Part shown: positions 20,978-29,534 of the stretch, piece by piece
Layout: each line of letters starts with the position of its first letter
How positions within the stretch are numbered: position 1 is the stretch's first letter
Assembly (NCBI GenBank): GCA_046754285.1
Contig: JBHHVJ010000012.1
Location: 3,249-67,248, forward strand
Length of the DNA: 64,000 nucleotides
Origin: Myxococcota bacterium
GTDB taxonomy: Bacteria; Myxococcota_A; UBA9160; SZUA-336
Reading direction: 5' to 3'
Notes under the pieces: generated by a model
Told to the model about the DNA's origin: nothing
What the model saw: only the letters and a program-made list of their open reading frames with translations
Database searches by the model: none
Made by a program: the position numbers and the translations under genes

Positions 20978-21547
20978 TCAGTGCGTCCGTGCGGGCTCCG
21001 CAGCGCGTGGCAGGGGTGGGCCCCGCCAATCGATCTCGAGACCTTCGCCCCCACCGGGTACGAGTCCGGCCTCGTCGAGCACCTCCTCGGTCGCGAAGAC
21101 CGGTGTACCGGTGCGAACGGCCACTGCGATGGCATCGCTCGGCCGCGAGTCGACGCCGACGCGGCGTCCATCGATCTCGACCTCGAGCACCGCATAGAAT
21201 GTTCCATCGCGCAGCTCCGTGATCAGCACGCGCGAGACGACCGCGTCGATTCCCAGCACAAGGTTGCGGATCAGGTCGTGCGAGTTGGGGCGCGGGGAGA
21301 CGATCTTCTCCAGGGCCAGCGCGATCGAGCGGGCTTCATTGACCCCGATCCAGATCGGAAGCTGACGGTGTGCCCCTTTCTCCTCCTGGAGAAGGATCAC
21401 CGGCGAGGAAGTGCGTGGATCAAGGCGAACACCGGTGACCCGCATCGCCCGGGCCGTGGGCTCGGGACCGGCAGGAGAGCTGCAGGCGATCAGGACGAGT
21501 GCGGCGGCGAGCGCGGTGAGGGCGGAGAGGGGGTTCCGTGATCTCAT
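20978..21547 (-). CDS. bifunctional nuclease (DUF151/BFN) domain protein with lipoprotein signal peptide
   Basis: ATG 21547 (GGAGA upstream). The signal and lipobox are LAAALVLIACSS. The BFN core reads PVILLQEEKGAHRQLPIWIGVNEARSIALALEK...PRPNSHDL...ITELRDGTFYAVLEV...DSRPSDAIAVAVR. Confidence 0.75.
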   Translation of the reverse strand: MRSRNPLSALTALAAALVLIACSSPAGPEPTARAMRVTGVRLDPRTSSPVILLQEEKGAHRQLPIWIGVNEARSIALALEKIVSPRPNSHDLIRNLVLGIDAVVSRVLITELRDGTFYAVLEVEIDGRRVGVDSRPSDAIAVAVRTGTPVFATEEVLDEAGLVPGGGEGLEIDWRGPPLPRAAEPARTH

Positions 21548-21617
21548 CACATTTCTCCGATGACGTCAGGGTAGCACGGGCTGGGCGGCACCTGCATGGA
21601 GCGTTAAGCTCGCAAGC

Positions 21618-22466
21618 GTGGCGGCTTCCGATCCGATCCGAGCCCTCGTGATCGGCGCGATCACACGCGATCGCATCTTTGTGCAGGGCAGAGCCCTGGG
21701 GGAATCCCCGGGGGGTGTCGTCCATCACGCAGGCCTGACGCTCGTCGCGCTCGGCGCTCGCGTCCGTGTGCTCACGCGCGTGCACGCCGACGATGACGAG
21801 GAGCTTCTGAGCCCGCTGCGCGAGGCGGGGGCCGAGGTGCGCGCGCTTCCCAGTCGGGCCACGACCACGTACCGGAACGACTACTCCAAGACCCCGACCC
21901 GTCACGAGCTCGAGGCCGTGTCCGATCCCATCGAGGCGGGCGATGTGCCCGAAGACTGGCGACGCTGCGAGCTGATCCAGCTCGGTCCGCTGCACCGTCG
22001 TGACATCCAACCCGAGGCGGCGGAGGCGGTCCAGGGTCTCAGGGGCCTCGATGTGCAGGGCTTCTTTCGCGAGAGGGAGCCGCTCGAGGCCGTCGCGCTC
22101 ACACGTTTCCTCGCGTGCGCGGACGTCGTGCAGGCCAGCTCTGAGGACCTGCCCCGGCTGACACACGGAGAGGCGCCCGGGCCCTTCGCGTATCGGCATG
22201 CCATCCAGGAGCTCCTCATCACGCAGGGTGCGCGGGGCGCGGAGCTCTGGACGAGCTCCGGCGTCGCACGCGTTCCCGTGCGACGCATCGACCTCGAAGG
22301 CACCACCAGTGGGGAGGCGCTCATCGGTGCGGGAGACGGATTTCTGGCGAGCTACCTCTACGCCCGGGCCTGCGGGTGTACACCGGAGCCGGCCGCCCAC
22401 CGGGCCGCCGAGCTCGCCGTATCGCGCATCGAGCAGAAGCTCCCACGCGACGAGGCCCATCCGTGA
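21618..22466 (+). CDS. PfkB-family carbohydrate/nucleoside kinase
   Basis: 282 aa. The ribokinase-like N-terminus is VIGAITRDRI...GGVVHHAG. The C-terminal GAGDGF anion-hole motif is present. Confidence 0.8.
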   Translation: MAASDPIRALVIGAITRDRIFVQGRALGESPGGVVHHAGLTLVALGARVRVLTRVHADDDEELLSPLREAGAEVRALPSRATTTYRNDYSKTPTRHELEAVSDPIEAGDVPEDWRRCELIQLGPLHRRDIQPEAAEAVQGLRGLDVQGFFREREPLEAVALTRFLACADVVQASSEDLPRLTHGEAPGPFAYRHAIQELLITQGARGAELWTSSGVARVPVRRIDLEGTTSGEALIGAGDGFLASYLYARACGCTPEPAAHRAAELAVSRIEQKLPRDEAHP

Positions 22467-22837
22467 GCTTGCGTGCGCGACTCCTACCACTGGCCGCCAG
22501 CGCCCTCGTCGGCTGCATCCCGATGGCGTTCGGCATCTCGGTCACGGGACCCCCCCCTGCACCACCTGAGCCCCCGGTACCGCTCGCCTTCGAGGGAGAA
22601 GCGGCCCCCGAGCTGACCCCCACGGGCGTACCCGAGCTCTTCGCCGCACGCTCGGTGGATCCCCACCTCTACTACCTACGCAGCCGTGAACGCTGGTACC
22701 GCTGGGCGTTCCATCGCTGGTACGAGGCGTTCAGCTGGGACGGGAACTGGTTCCCGATCGAGCGAGCTCCCCGGGAGCTTCTGGTGGTCACGCCGGAGCG
22801 CGGGGAGAAACGCCGGGGCGCTCCGCCGCCTCCGTGA
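22463..22837 (+). CDS. hypothetical lipoprotein (124 aa)
   Basis: ORF 22376..22837, trimmed to GTG 22463 (GTGA overlap with the pfkB stop). The lipobox is ASALVGC. The Trp/Arg-rich C-terminus (WYRWAFHRWYEAFSWDGNWF) matches no family I recognise. Confidence 0.6.
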   Translation: MSLRARLLPLAASALVGCIPMAFGISVTGPPPAPPEPPVPLAFEGEAAPELTPTGVPELFAARSVDPHLYYLRSRERWYRWAFHRWYEAFSWDGNWFPIERAPRELLVVTPERGEKRRGAPPPP

Positions 22838-24200
22838 GCTCGATCATGCGCTCGAGGGCCCGCCGCGCGTCACCGGCGAGCTCTTGACGCGCCGCCGGAT
22901 CGACTCGCTCGCGCCATCCGGAGATCTCGTCGACCTGATCACCCGGCAGCACTCGATTCGCCTGCGGCGGACAGCCCCGTCGGAGCAGATCGATCATCGC
23001 CACGAGATGGGGTGGATCGTTCCGGGACATCGTCGCGCAGCCGCACTCCCGACCGTCGGCTCCGGGAACATCGGCCAGGTGCACCACTGCGATCCCTCGT
23101 CGTCCAGCCTGCTCGCGGAGGTTTCGTACGAAGTGTCCCTCGGTGCCGACCGCGAAACGGCTGCCCGGGGTCGCCTCCATGACGTGGCCCCAGAGAAAGC
23201 TCGTCGATCCCGAGGCATCGGCCACCTCGACGACCGGCTGCGGGCACTCGGGATGCACCACGACGCGGTGGCCATGCTCCCGCCAGTAGGCGACGTGCTC
23301 GGGTGTAAAGACCGTGTGCACGCCGCAGAAGGAGCCCCAGAGCACGAGCTCGGCGCGCTCCAGCCGCTCCCGCTCAGACGTGGGGAGCTCAGAGGGCTCC
23401 AGCTCCGCCCCGTCGTGCGCCCCCGGCCAGAGGGCAATTCGATCCCGCGGAATCCCGACCTGCGCCGCGACGTTCCGTCCCAGGTGCTCATCGGGAACGA
23501 AGAGGATGCGACGGCCGGCCGCACGCGCCCAGCTCAGGATCGCTGACGCGTTGGAGCTGGTGCAGACCGCGCCGCCGGTGCGGCCGGCCAGCGCCTTGAG
23601 GCGTCCCGACGTGTTCATATAGGCTACGACCAGCAGATCCTCACCGAGCCAGGTACGCAGCCGCTCGTAGGCAGGCGCCACCATGAACTCCTTGGCCATC
23701 ATCTCCATCGTGCAGCCGGACTTGGGGTTCGTGATGTAGACCGACTGATCCGGGGCCGCGAGCAGAGCGATGGCCTCCGCCATGAAGTGGACGGCCGACT
23801 CCACGAAGATCCGCTTCTCCGGGTGCAGCACGGCCTGACGAGCGAGCTGGTAGGAGTCCGCGATGTGCCCCCCGTAGCGCTCAACGAGCTTCACGATTTC
23901 ACCACCCATGTAGTAGTGCGCGAGCAGCATGAGATCCTCGCCCAGCTCACGGATGGCGGGCTCGAGGTAGCGATCCATCCAGGGGAGCACGGTCTCGGGC
24001 TTGCGGTCGGGCAGGGCCAGGTACTCCTCGGCGTAGGGCTTGAACTCCTCCTGATACCAGTCGAGAGGGAGGTCCGTCTGGCAGATCGGCACATCCGGTG
24101 TGAGCACGATGCCGCTGGAATGCAGCGACCGATCGAGGCCGCCGCGCCGGCCGTCAGCGACCGAACTCAACGTGCCCCGCTGCGGAGCCTCGTCGCGCAC
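22788..24200 (-). CDS. nadA: quinolinate synthase NadA (long form)
   Basis: 470 aa, with LLAHYYMGGEI, VESAVHFMAE, ITNPKSGCTM, VVAYMNTSG, CTSSNA, LWGSFCGVH and VVVHPEC, which include the Fe-S ligand cysteines. Confidence 0.85.
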   Translation of the reverse strand: MRDEAPQRGTLSSVADGRRGGLDRSLHSSGIVLTPDVPICQTDLPLDWYQEEFKPYAEEYLALPDRKPETVLPWMDRYLEPAIRELGEDLMLLAHYYMGGEIVKLVERYGGHIADSYQLARQAVLHPEKRIFVESAVHFMAEAIALLAAPDQSVYITNPKSGCTMEMMAKEFMVAPAYERLRTWLGEDLLVVAYMNTSGRLKALAGRTGGAVCTSSNASAILSWARAAGRRILFVPDEHLGRNVAAQVGIPRDRIALWPGAHDGAELEPSELPTSERERLERAELVLWGSFCGVHTVFTPEHVAYWREHGHRVVVHPECPQPVVEVADASGSTSFLWGHVMEATPGSRFAVGTEGHFVRNLREQAGRRGIAVVHLADVPGADGRECGCATMSRNDPPHLVAMIDLLRRGCPPQANRVLPGDQVDEISGWRERVDPAARQELAGDARRALERMIELTEAAERPGVSPRAPA

Positions 24201-24201
24201 G

Positions 24202-25215
24202 TCAGATCAGCCCCGGCTTGGTCAAGGAGCGCCGGTCGAAGGGTGGCCGCTTGTCCAGCGGATCGGAACGCACGGGACAGTCGGGCATCGCGCAGGACCG
24301 GCACTGGATCGGCTCACAGGGATCGAGATGAACGACCACGTCACCGCCCTCGCCCACGAACGCGCGCAGGGAGCGCTCGAGCGAGTCGCCGAGGCGGTGG
24401 GCCACCTCCATCGTGAGGTAGCGCGGCACCGTGAGATGCAGGTCGAGGTGGTGGCTGGGACCGGAGCGCCGGGCACGGAGCTGGTGGATCTCGATCCACT
24501 CCGACGGACGACGCGCCTCGAGGTGCTCAGCGATGCGCGTGATCAGGTCGAAGTCCGCCTCATCCAGCAGACCCGTGATCGCCTGGCGCAGGACGTGCCA
24601 GCCGGTGCGCAGGATGTTGGCCGCCACGAGCAGCGCCACGATGGGGTCGAGCAGCGCGAAGCCCGTGAGCTTGACGATGAGCAGGGCCGCAAGGGCACCC
24701 GCCGTGGTGATCACGTCGGTGAGAATGTGCGTGCCGTCCGCACGAATCGCCTCGGACCGCGCGCGCTGCCCCACGCGCAGCAAATAGAGCGCCAGCGCCA
24801 GATTGCCGAGACCCGCGAGGCCCGAAACGATCAGCCCCGTGCCGAGCTCGTGCAGCTGAGGGCCCGTCACGATGTGCCCGATCGACTCGGCCACGATCAC
24901 CGTGGCCGCGAGCGCGATCAGCGCGCCCTCGATGGCCGCCGAGAGGGTCTCGGCCCGCCCATGACCGTACGGGTGATCCGCGTCGGCTGGCCGTGCGGCC
25001 ACCGCCACGCTGTAGGTTGCCATCGCGGCCGCGATCACGTTCACGATGGACTCGGCGGCGTCGGCCAGCAGCACACTCGAGCCGGTGACGTACCAGGCCG
25101 CGAACTTGAGGCCGAGGATCACCACACCGCCCGCGACCGAGAGCATCCCGGCCCGCACGGCCAGCGGATACGACCGCAGTGGCCCGCCCCCGCGACTCGC
25201 TCCAAGCTCCCGCAT
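24202..25215 (-). CDS. cation diffusion facilitator family transporter
   Basis: 337 aa. TM helices carry LLADAAESIVNV and HILTDVIT metal-site motifs. The C-terminal cytoplasmic domain is followed by a Cys-rich tail (CEPIQCRSCAMPDCP). Confidence 0.9.
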   Translation of the reverse strand: MRELGASRGGGPLRSYPLAVRAGMLSVAGGVVILGLKFAAWYVTGSSVLLADAAESIVNVIAAAMATYSVAVAARPADADHPYGHGRAETLSAAIEGALIALAATVIVAESIGHIVTGPQLHELGTGLIVSGLAGLGNLALALYLLRVGQRARSEAIRADGTHILTDVITTAGALAALLIVKLTGFALLDPIVALLVAANILRTGWHVLRQAITGLLDEADFDLITRIAEHLEARRPSEWIEIHQLRARRSGPSHHLDLHLTVPRYLTMEVAHRLGDSLERSLRAFVGEGGDVVVHLDPCEPIQCRSCAMPDCPVRSDPLDKRPPFDRRSLTKPGLI

Positions 25216-25332
25216 GCCACGATCCTAGCGCAGACGAGTCCCGGCACGAGGACCCGTGCGTGTGAGACGGAGCGGCCCCGCAGCCGCCCGCTTGCCCCTC
25301 CAACCGCCGGGACCTACCCTGGCCCGCTCGGG

Positions 25333-25409
25333 CGGGGCGTAGCGCAGCCTGGTAGCGCGCTTGCTTCGGGAGCAAGAAGTCGCCGGTTCGAATCCGGCCG
25401 CCCCGACCA
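25333..25409 (+). tRNA. tRNA-Pro (anticodon CGG)
   Basis: Folded by hand into a 77-nt cloverleaf: acceptor CGGGGCG/CGCCCCG (C1:G72, typical of bacterial tRNA-Pro), D arm GCGC..GCGC, anticodon stem CTTGC/GCAAG with loop TTCGGGA, T arm GCCGG-TTCGAAT-CCGGC, and an encoded CCA. Confidence 0.95.
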
Positions 25410-25529
25410 TTCCAACGCAACAAGACGTTGCACCCGCGATCCTGCCATCGTGCGCTGATCGTACCTTCGCCCCCCGGGCCGGGTCGGGTGATACGATACG
25501 GCGCGCGATCACTCCAGCGAGGAGGCGAA

Positions 25530-26363
25530 GTGGCCGTCCGCGCCATCGACCCCTGGGTCAACGTGAGCATGGGAGACTCCGTCCCACCGCAGTGGCTGGT
25601 CCGGGTGAAGGACGACTACTTCAAGGGCGGCGCGGAGTTCCTCCGAAACATCGAGGTGGACGAGCTGATCGAGCAGATGGACCATTGCGGCCTGCACAAG
25701 GCCGTCCTCAGCATCGAGGTGCGCGAGCCGTCCGCCCGCGTGCTCGCCTTCGCCGAGAAGTACCCGGACCGCTTCGGCCTCGCGGCCACGCTTCGACCCA
25801 CGGGGAGGATGGATGAGGTCTGGAAGCTCGAGGAGCTCGTCGCCGCGCATCCGGTGGTCATGGCCCGTGTCGTACCATTCCAGGTGGACCGTCCCCCTTC
25901 GGATCCCATCTACTATCCGTTGTACGTCAAGTGCATCGAGCTCGATCTGCCCGTGTCGATCAACACGGGGATTCCCGGCCCGCCGGTTCCCGGCGAGTGC
26001 CAGAACCCCATGCACCTCGATCGCGTCTGCCTCCAGCTCCCCGAGCTACGGATCTGCATGGCTCACGGTGCGGATCCGTGGTGGGACGTGGCGATTCGGC
26101 TAATGCTCAAGTACCGCAACCTCTACCTGATGACCTCGGCCTACGCGCCGAAGTACCTGCCCGCCGAGCTGCTGCACTTCATGAACACGCGCGGCTCGGA
26201 CAAGGTGATCTTCGCCTCGGACCATCCCGTGCTCTCGTTCGAGCGCTGCCTGGCCGAGGCCCAGCAGCTCGATCTGCGTCCGGGCGTTCTCGATCGCTAC
26301 CTGTACGAGAACGCCGAGCAGCTCTTCTTCGGCGCGCGCAGCCCGCGCGTCGGCCCGCGCTGA
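25530..26363 (+). CDS. amidohydrolase-2 (ACMSD-like) family protein
   Basis: ORF 25428..26363, trimmed to GTG 25530 after GAGGAGG. It has AIDPWVNV, a metal-dependent hydrolase TIM-barrel pattern, the MAHGADPWW-type His and FASDHP. Confidence 0.8.
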   Translation: MAVRAIDPWVNVSMGDSVPPQWLVRVKDDYFKGGAEFLRNIEVDELIEQMDHCGLHKAVLSIEVREPSARVLAFAEKYPDRFGLAATLRPTGRMDEVWKLEELVAAHPVVMARVVPFQVDRPPSDPIYYPLYVKCIELDLPVSINTGIPGPPVPGECQNPMHLDRVCLQLPELRICMAHGADPWWDVAIRLMLKYRNLYLMTSAYAPKYLPAELLHFMNTRGSDKVIFASDHPVLSFERCLAEAQQLDLRPGVLDRYLYENAEQLFFGARSPRVGPR

Positions 26364-26401
26364 GGGGCGCCGAGGCGTTGCGGGCCCTGGAGATCCGCTC
26401 C

Positions 26402-27040
26402 TTGAAGCGATACGAGCTCTGGGGCCCGCTGACGCTCGTCGTGGTCGCGCTCGCGGTCTCCGCCATCGCGCCGGCCGATCGTCTCACCTGGTTCCTCGAG
26501 GTCCTGCCCGTGCTGGTCGGCCTCCCCCTGCTGATCGCGACCGCTGCGGAGGCTCCGCTCACGCCTCTGCTCTACCAGCTGCTGGCGCTGCACGCCCTGA
26601 TCCTGATCCTGGGCGGTGCCTACAGCTACGCCCAGGTTCCGCTCGGCTTCTGGCTACAGGACCTGTTCCACCTCGCGCGAAACCCGTACGATCGAATCGG
26701 CCACTTCGCCCAGGGCTTCATCCCCGCCCTGCTGGCGCGCGAGATCTTGCTGCGAGCCACGCCGCTGCGCCGAGGCGGCTGGCTCTTCTTCCTCGTGCTC
26801 TGCGTCTGCCTGGCCTTCAGCGCCTTCTACGAGCTGATCGAGTGGTGGACGGCCGTCGCACTCGATGAAGCGGGGGAGTCGTTCCTCGGCACACAGGGCG
26901 ACGTCTGGGACACCCAGTGGGACATGCTCCTGGCGCTCCTCGGCGCGGCGTGTGCACAGCTCCTCCTGTCGGGTGTCCACGACCGGCAGCTCCGGGCGGT
27001 CGCCTGGCGCCCGGTCGCGGCGTCAGAGCGATGGATCTGA
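26402..27040 (+). CDS. YjdF/DUF2238-like inner membrane protein
   Basis: This is the real part of ORF 25931..27040. A TTG at 26402 lies 9 nt after GGAG, but the start is uncertain. Multiple TM helices are present, along with NPYDRIGHFAQGFIPALLAREIL and FYELIEWW. Confidence 0.65.
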   Translation: MKRYELWGPLTLVVVALAVSAIAPADRLTWFLEVLPVLVGLPLLIATAAEAPLTPLLYQLLALHALILILGGAYSYAQVPLGFWLQDLFHLARNPYDRIGHFAQGFIPALLAREILLRATPLRRGGWLFFLVLCVCLAFSAFYELIEWWTAVALDEAGESFLGTQGDVWDTQWDMLLALLGAACAQLLLSGVHDRQLRAVAWRPVAASERWI

Positions 27041-27471
27041 GCGCGATGCGCTGGAGAAGCGAGTGGGACGGACGACCGCTCTGGATGAACGGGCTGCTGC
27101 TGTTCTGCCTCTACATGGCGCTCGTCTACGCACCCTTCGATCTCTTCTGGAAGCCGCTCGCCGAGGATCAGGAGGTCTGGCTCGGCTTCGCGCTGCACGG
27201 CTGGGCCGCCAAGCTGACGGCCCCCCTGCACTGGGCGATCTACGCAGCGGGCGCCTACGGCTTCTGGGCGATGCGGAGCTGGATGTGGCCCTGGGCTGGC
27301 ATCTACGTGGTCCAGATCGCCGTTGGAATGCTCGTCTGGAACCTGCGCGATCCGCGTGGCCTCGGTCTCCCGGGTGGCCTCGCCTCACTGGCCCTGTTCG
27401 GCATTCCAGCCGTGGCGCTGCTGCGTCCATCGACGCGAAAGCTCTTCGCGCGAGGCCGGCGCGCAAGCTGA
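27031..27471 (+). CDS. hypothetical membrane protein (146 aa)
   Basis: ORF 26917..27471, trimmed to ATG 27031, which overlaps the preceding stop. It has four predicted TM segments rich in Trp. No family is recognised. Confidence 0.55.
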   Translation: MDLSAMRWRSEWDGRPLWMNGLLLFCLYMALVYAPFDLFWKPLAEDQEVWLGFALHGWAAKLTAPLHWAIYAAGAYGFWAMRSWMWPWAGIYVVQIAVGMLVWNLRDPRGLGLPGGLASLALFGIPAVALLRPSTRKLFARGRRAS

Positions 27472-27495
27472 GAGGGGAAACGCGGCCCGGAGTCC

Positions 27496-28146
27496 TCAGC
27501 CCTTTCCAGCCGCTCGCCGACGGCTGGGCGGGGACAGGCGGCTGTGCAGCGCCTCGCGCAGCGCGGGAGAGACCGTTCCGAGGATGACGAAGCGAGCCAC
27601 ATCCTCGCTCTCGTTGCGCCAGGAGTGCGGGGCCGACGCCTTGAAGTGGAGCACGTCTCCCGCGCGCAGCACGTACTCCTCGTCCCCCACATGGAAGGTG
27701 ACCTCTCCCTGCTCGCCGAGCGCGAGCTCTTCGCCCTGGTACTCGATCCGGTCCCGGCCGCTCCCGTAGCCCGGCTGGAGCGTGATCCGCCACATCTCGA
27801 CCTCCGGATCGAAGAGATCGCCCGAGAGCCTCTCCACCGTCATGCGTCGCCTGCTTCCGACCGGATGGCGCTGCTCGGAGGAGAGATGGACGACGCTCGC
27901 CTGCGGTGGTGCGTCGCTCACGAGCTCGCTGGCGCTGCGCTCGAGCCCCCGCGCGATCTTGAGGAGCACCGCGACGCTGGGGACCATCTGATGCGACTCC
28001 ACCTTCTGGATCGTGCTCGTGGCCACGCCGCTGCGATCGGCGAGATCCTGAAGGGTCAGACCCGCTTCCTCGCGCCAGCGTCGCACACGCTCGGCGAAGC
28101 GTACGAGCTCGCCGTCGACGGGGACCAAGCGCCGTCGGACGCTCAC
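27496..28146 (-). CDS. XRE-family HTH transcriptional regulator with C-terminal cupin domain
   Basis: ORF 27496..28365(-), trimmed to GTG 28146 (GTGA overlap with the upstream gene). The HTH is LTLQDLADRSGVATSTIQKVESHQ. The cupin reads GEVTFHVGDEEYVLRAGDVLHFKASAPHSWRN. Confidence 0.85.
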   Translation of the reverse strand: MSVRRRLVPVDGELVRFAERVRRWREEAGLTLQDLADRSGVATSTIQKVESHQMVPSVAVLLKIARGLERSASELVSDAPPQASVVHLSSEQRHPVGSRRRMTVERLSGDLFDPEVEMWRITLQPGYGSGRDRIEYQGEELALGEQGEVTFHVGDEEYVLRAGDVLHFKASAPHSWRNESEDVARFVILGTVSPALREALHSRLSPPSRRRAAGKG

Positions 28147-29009
28147 GGGGCGGGCTCCGGTCTCACGATGCGGTAGCTCACGGTTCCTCGCGCGACGAGG
28201 CCGGCCTGCGCGTCCGCGATCTCCACCTCGGAGAAGAGCATCTCGCGATCCCGGTGTCGCACGTGGGCGTACGCCACGAGATCCCCTCGCGGCAGCGGCG
28301 CCAGCACGCCGGTCTGGATTCCCGGCGTCGACGCCTTGAAGCGACCGGGACCGGTCTCGGCCCACGCAGCCATGGCGCCCGTCGTATCGAGCAGGCCGAG
28401 CAGGGCCCCCTCATGGACGCCGCCCGAGGCATCCGCGTTCTCGTCGCGCCAGGGCATCACGATGCGCGCGCGTCCACCCGCCATGTGCTCCGTCACGAGG
28501 CCCAGCCTGGCGTGGAACGGAACGCGCGAGACGAAGGCACCCATCGGGCCGAGGTCGGCAGCGCCTTCGTCCCCCCGGACGGCGGGCCGCTTCGGTTCCG
28601 CTGCGGCGAAGCGGCCGCGCACGATCAGCAGCCCCCGGGCCACGGGCTTGCGCTGCTCGGTCTCGACGCTGACCTCGACGTGGGCCAGCTCCTTTCCGCG
28701 CCGCAGCAGTCTCGCCTCGGCCCGGATCGCCTCGCCGAGCGCCGCGGACAGGTACCCCACCTGGATCGCGGCGGTGTGCCAGGGCCCGCTTCCCTCGCCG
28801 AGCGACGCGCGTGCCACCGCGTGCGCGCCGGTCACAATCAGCGAGGCTGCCACACCACCGTGCAGAGCCTTGTCTCCGTTGGAGTTCTCGTCCCGGTAGG
28901 GCAAGGCGAGCCGCGCCCGCTCGGGCTCGAGGCTCAGCAGGCTCACGCCGAGCGCACGCGTGTAGGCGGACTGCAACACCCAGGTGCGGACCGCCTCCAA
29001 AGCGCTCAC
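28143..29009 (-). CDS. tandem (double) PaaI/4HBT-type hotdog thioesterase
   Basis: There are two repeats of the PaaI pattern: NSNGDKALHGGVAASLIVTGAHA, then NADASGGVHEGALLGLLDTTGAMA. Each is followed by a beta-sheet region. Confidence 0.8.
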   Translation of the reverse strand: MSALEAVRTWVLQSAYTRALGVSLLSLEPERARLALPYRDENSNGDKALHGGVAASLIVTGAHAVARASLGEGSGPWHTAAIQVGYLSAALGEAIRAEARLLRRGKELAHVEVSVETEQRKPVARGLLIVRGRFAAAEPKRPAVRGDEGAADLGPMGAFVSRVPFHARLGLVTEHMAGGRARIVMPWRDENADASGGVHEGALLGLLDTTGAMAAWAETGPGRFKASTPGIQTGVLAPLPRGDLVAYAHVRHRDREMLFSEVEIADAQAGLVARGTVSYRIVRPEPAP

Positions 29010-29147
29010 GCGCTACGCCCGCTCACCGGCACGCCGCGCCAGACGGCGGGGACCGGGCAGCGTTAGCCGATCGAAGATCCGCATTTCCGATAGTATGACA
29101 CGCGAGACCCGCAGCAGAGCCCTGGGGTCGCACGCACGGGAGGCGCG

Positions 29148-29534
29148 CTGCAGGATCGACCCACCGCCAAGGAGCTGCTCGAGGCGGTCGCACGGCTGCT
29201 CGAGGGAGAGCTGCTGGAGGCCACGGAGGGCCCGCTGCGCCACCGTGTGCGCGTGGCCGCGAGCCTCTGCCGAATCGTGCAGCGTGAGCTCGTGCTCGGG
29301 CCGACCCAGAGCCGGCGGGTCGCGGAGCGGCTCGCGGCGCTGCTCGGGGAGGCGAACGTCGAGGCCGAGGCGAGCGAGCTCGCCGCGCGAGTGCGCGAAC
29401 GGCTTCGGGCTGGGGACGACGCGGAGTTCGAAGCGACGGCACACGGAGTGCTGCTCGAGCTCGTGCGCGGAAAGCTGGCCGTCGCCAAGCCTGGCTACGA
29501 CGCGTACGGCTACGAGCGCGAGCTGGAAGAGTGA
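29148..29534 (+). CDS. DUF6285-like protein (start codon unresolved)
   Basis: Track ORF 29247..29534 begins mid-domain. The in-frame upstream sequence LQDRPTAKELLEAVARLLEGELLEATEGPLRHRVRVAASL is the expected family N-terminus. No ATG/GTG/TTG occurs in that frame after the TAG at 29091. A CTG at 29148 lies 4 nt after GGGAGG. Confidence 0.55.
   Translation: MQDRPTAKELLEAVARLLEGELLEATEGPLRHRVRVAASLCRIVQRELVLGPTQSRRVAERLAALLGEANVEAEASELAARVRERLRAGDDAEFEATAHGVLLELVRGKLAVAKPGYDAYGYERELEE

Noticed and set aside
22376-22462. 5' extensions offered by the ORF track. Examples: 22376 for the lipoprotein, 25428 for the amidohydrolase, 25931 for YjdF, 26917, 33884, 43985, 47153, 53726, 54306, 56057, 57090, 59459, 59715 and 60149.
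   Set aside because: The extensions overlap the preceding genes, are Arg/Pro-rich, and lack SD sequences. Internal starts coincide with signal peptides, family N-termini, SD motifs or 4-nt start/stop overlaps.
25417-25431. Hairpin GCAAC-AAGAC-GTTGC just after tRNA-Pro, considered as a terminator
   Set aside because: The stem is only 5 bp and no T-run follows.
24100-25458. 452-aa plus-strand ORF
   Set aside because: It is antisense to the CDF transporter and reads straight through the tRNA-Pro gene. Its composition is biased.
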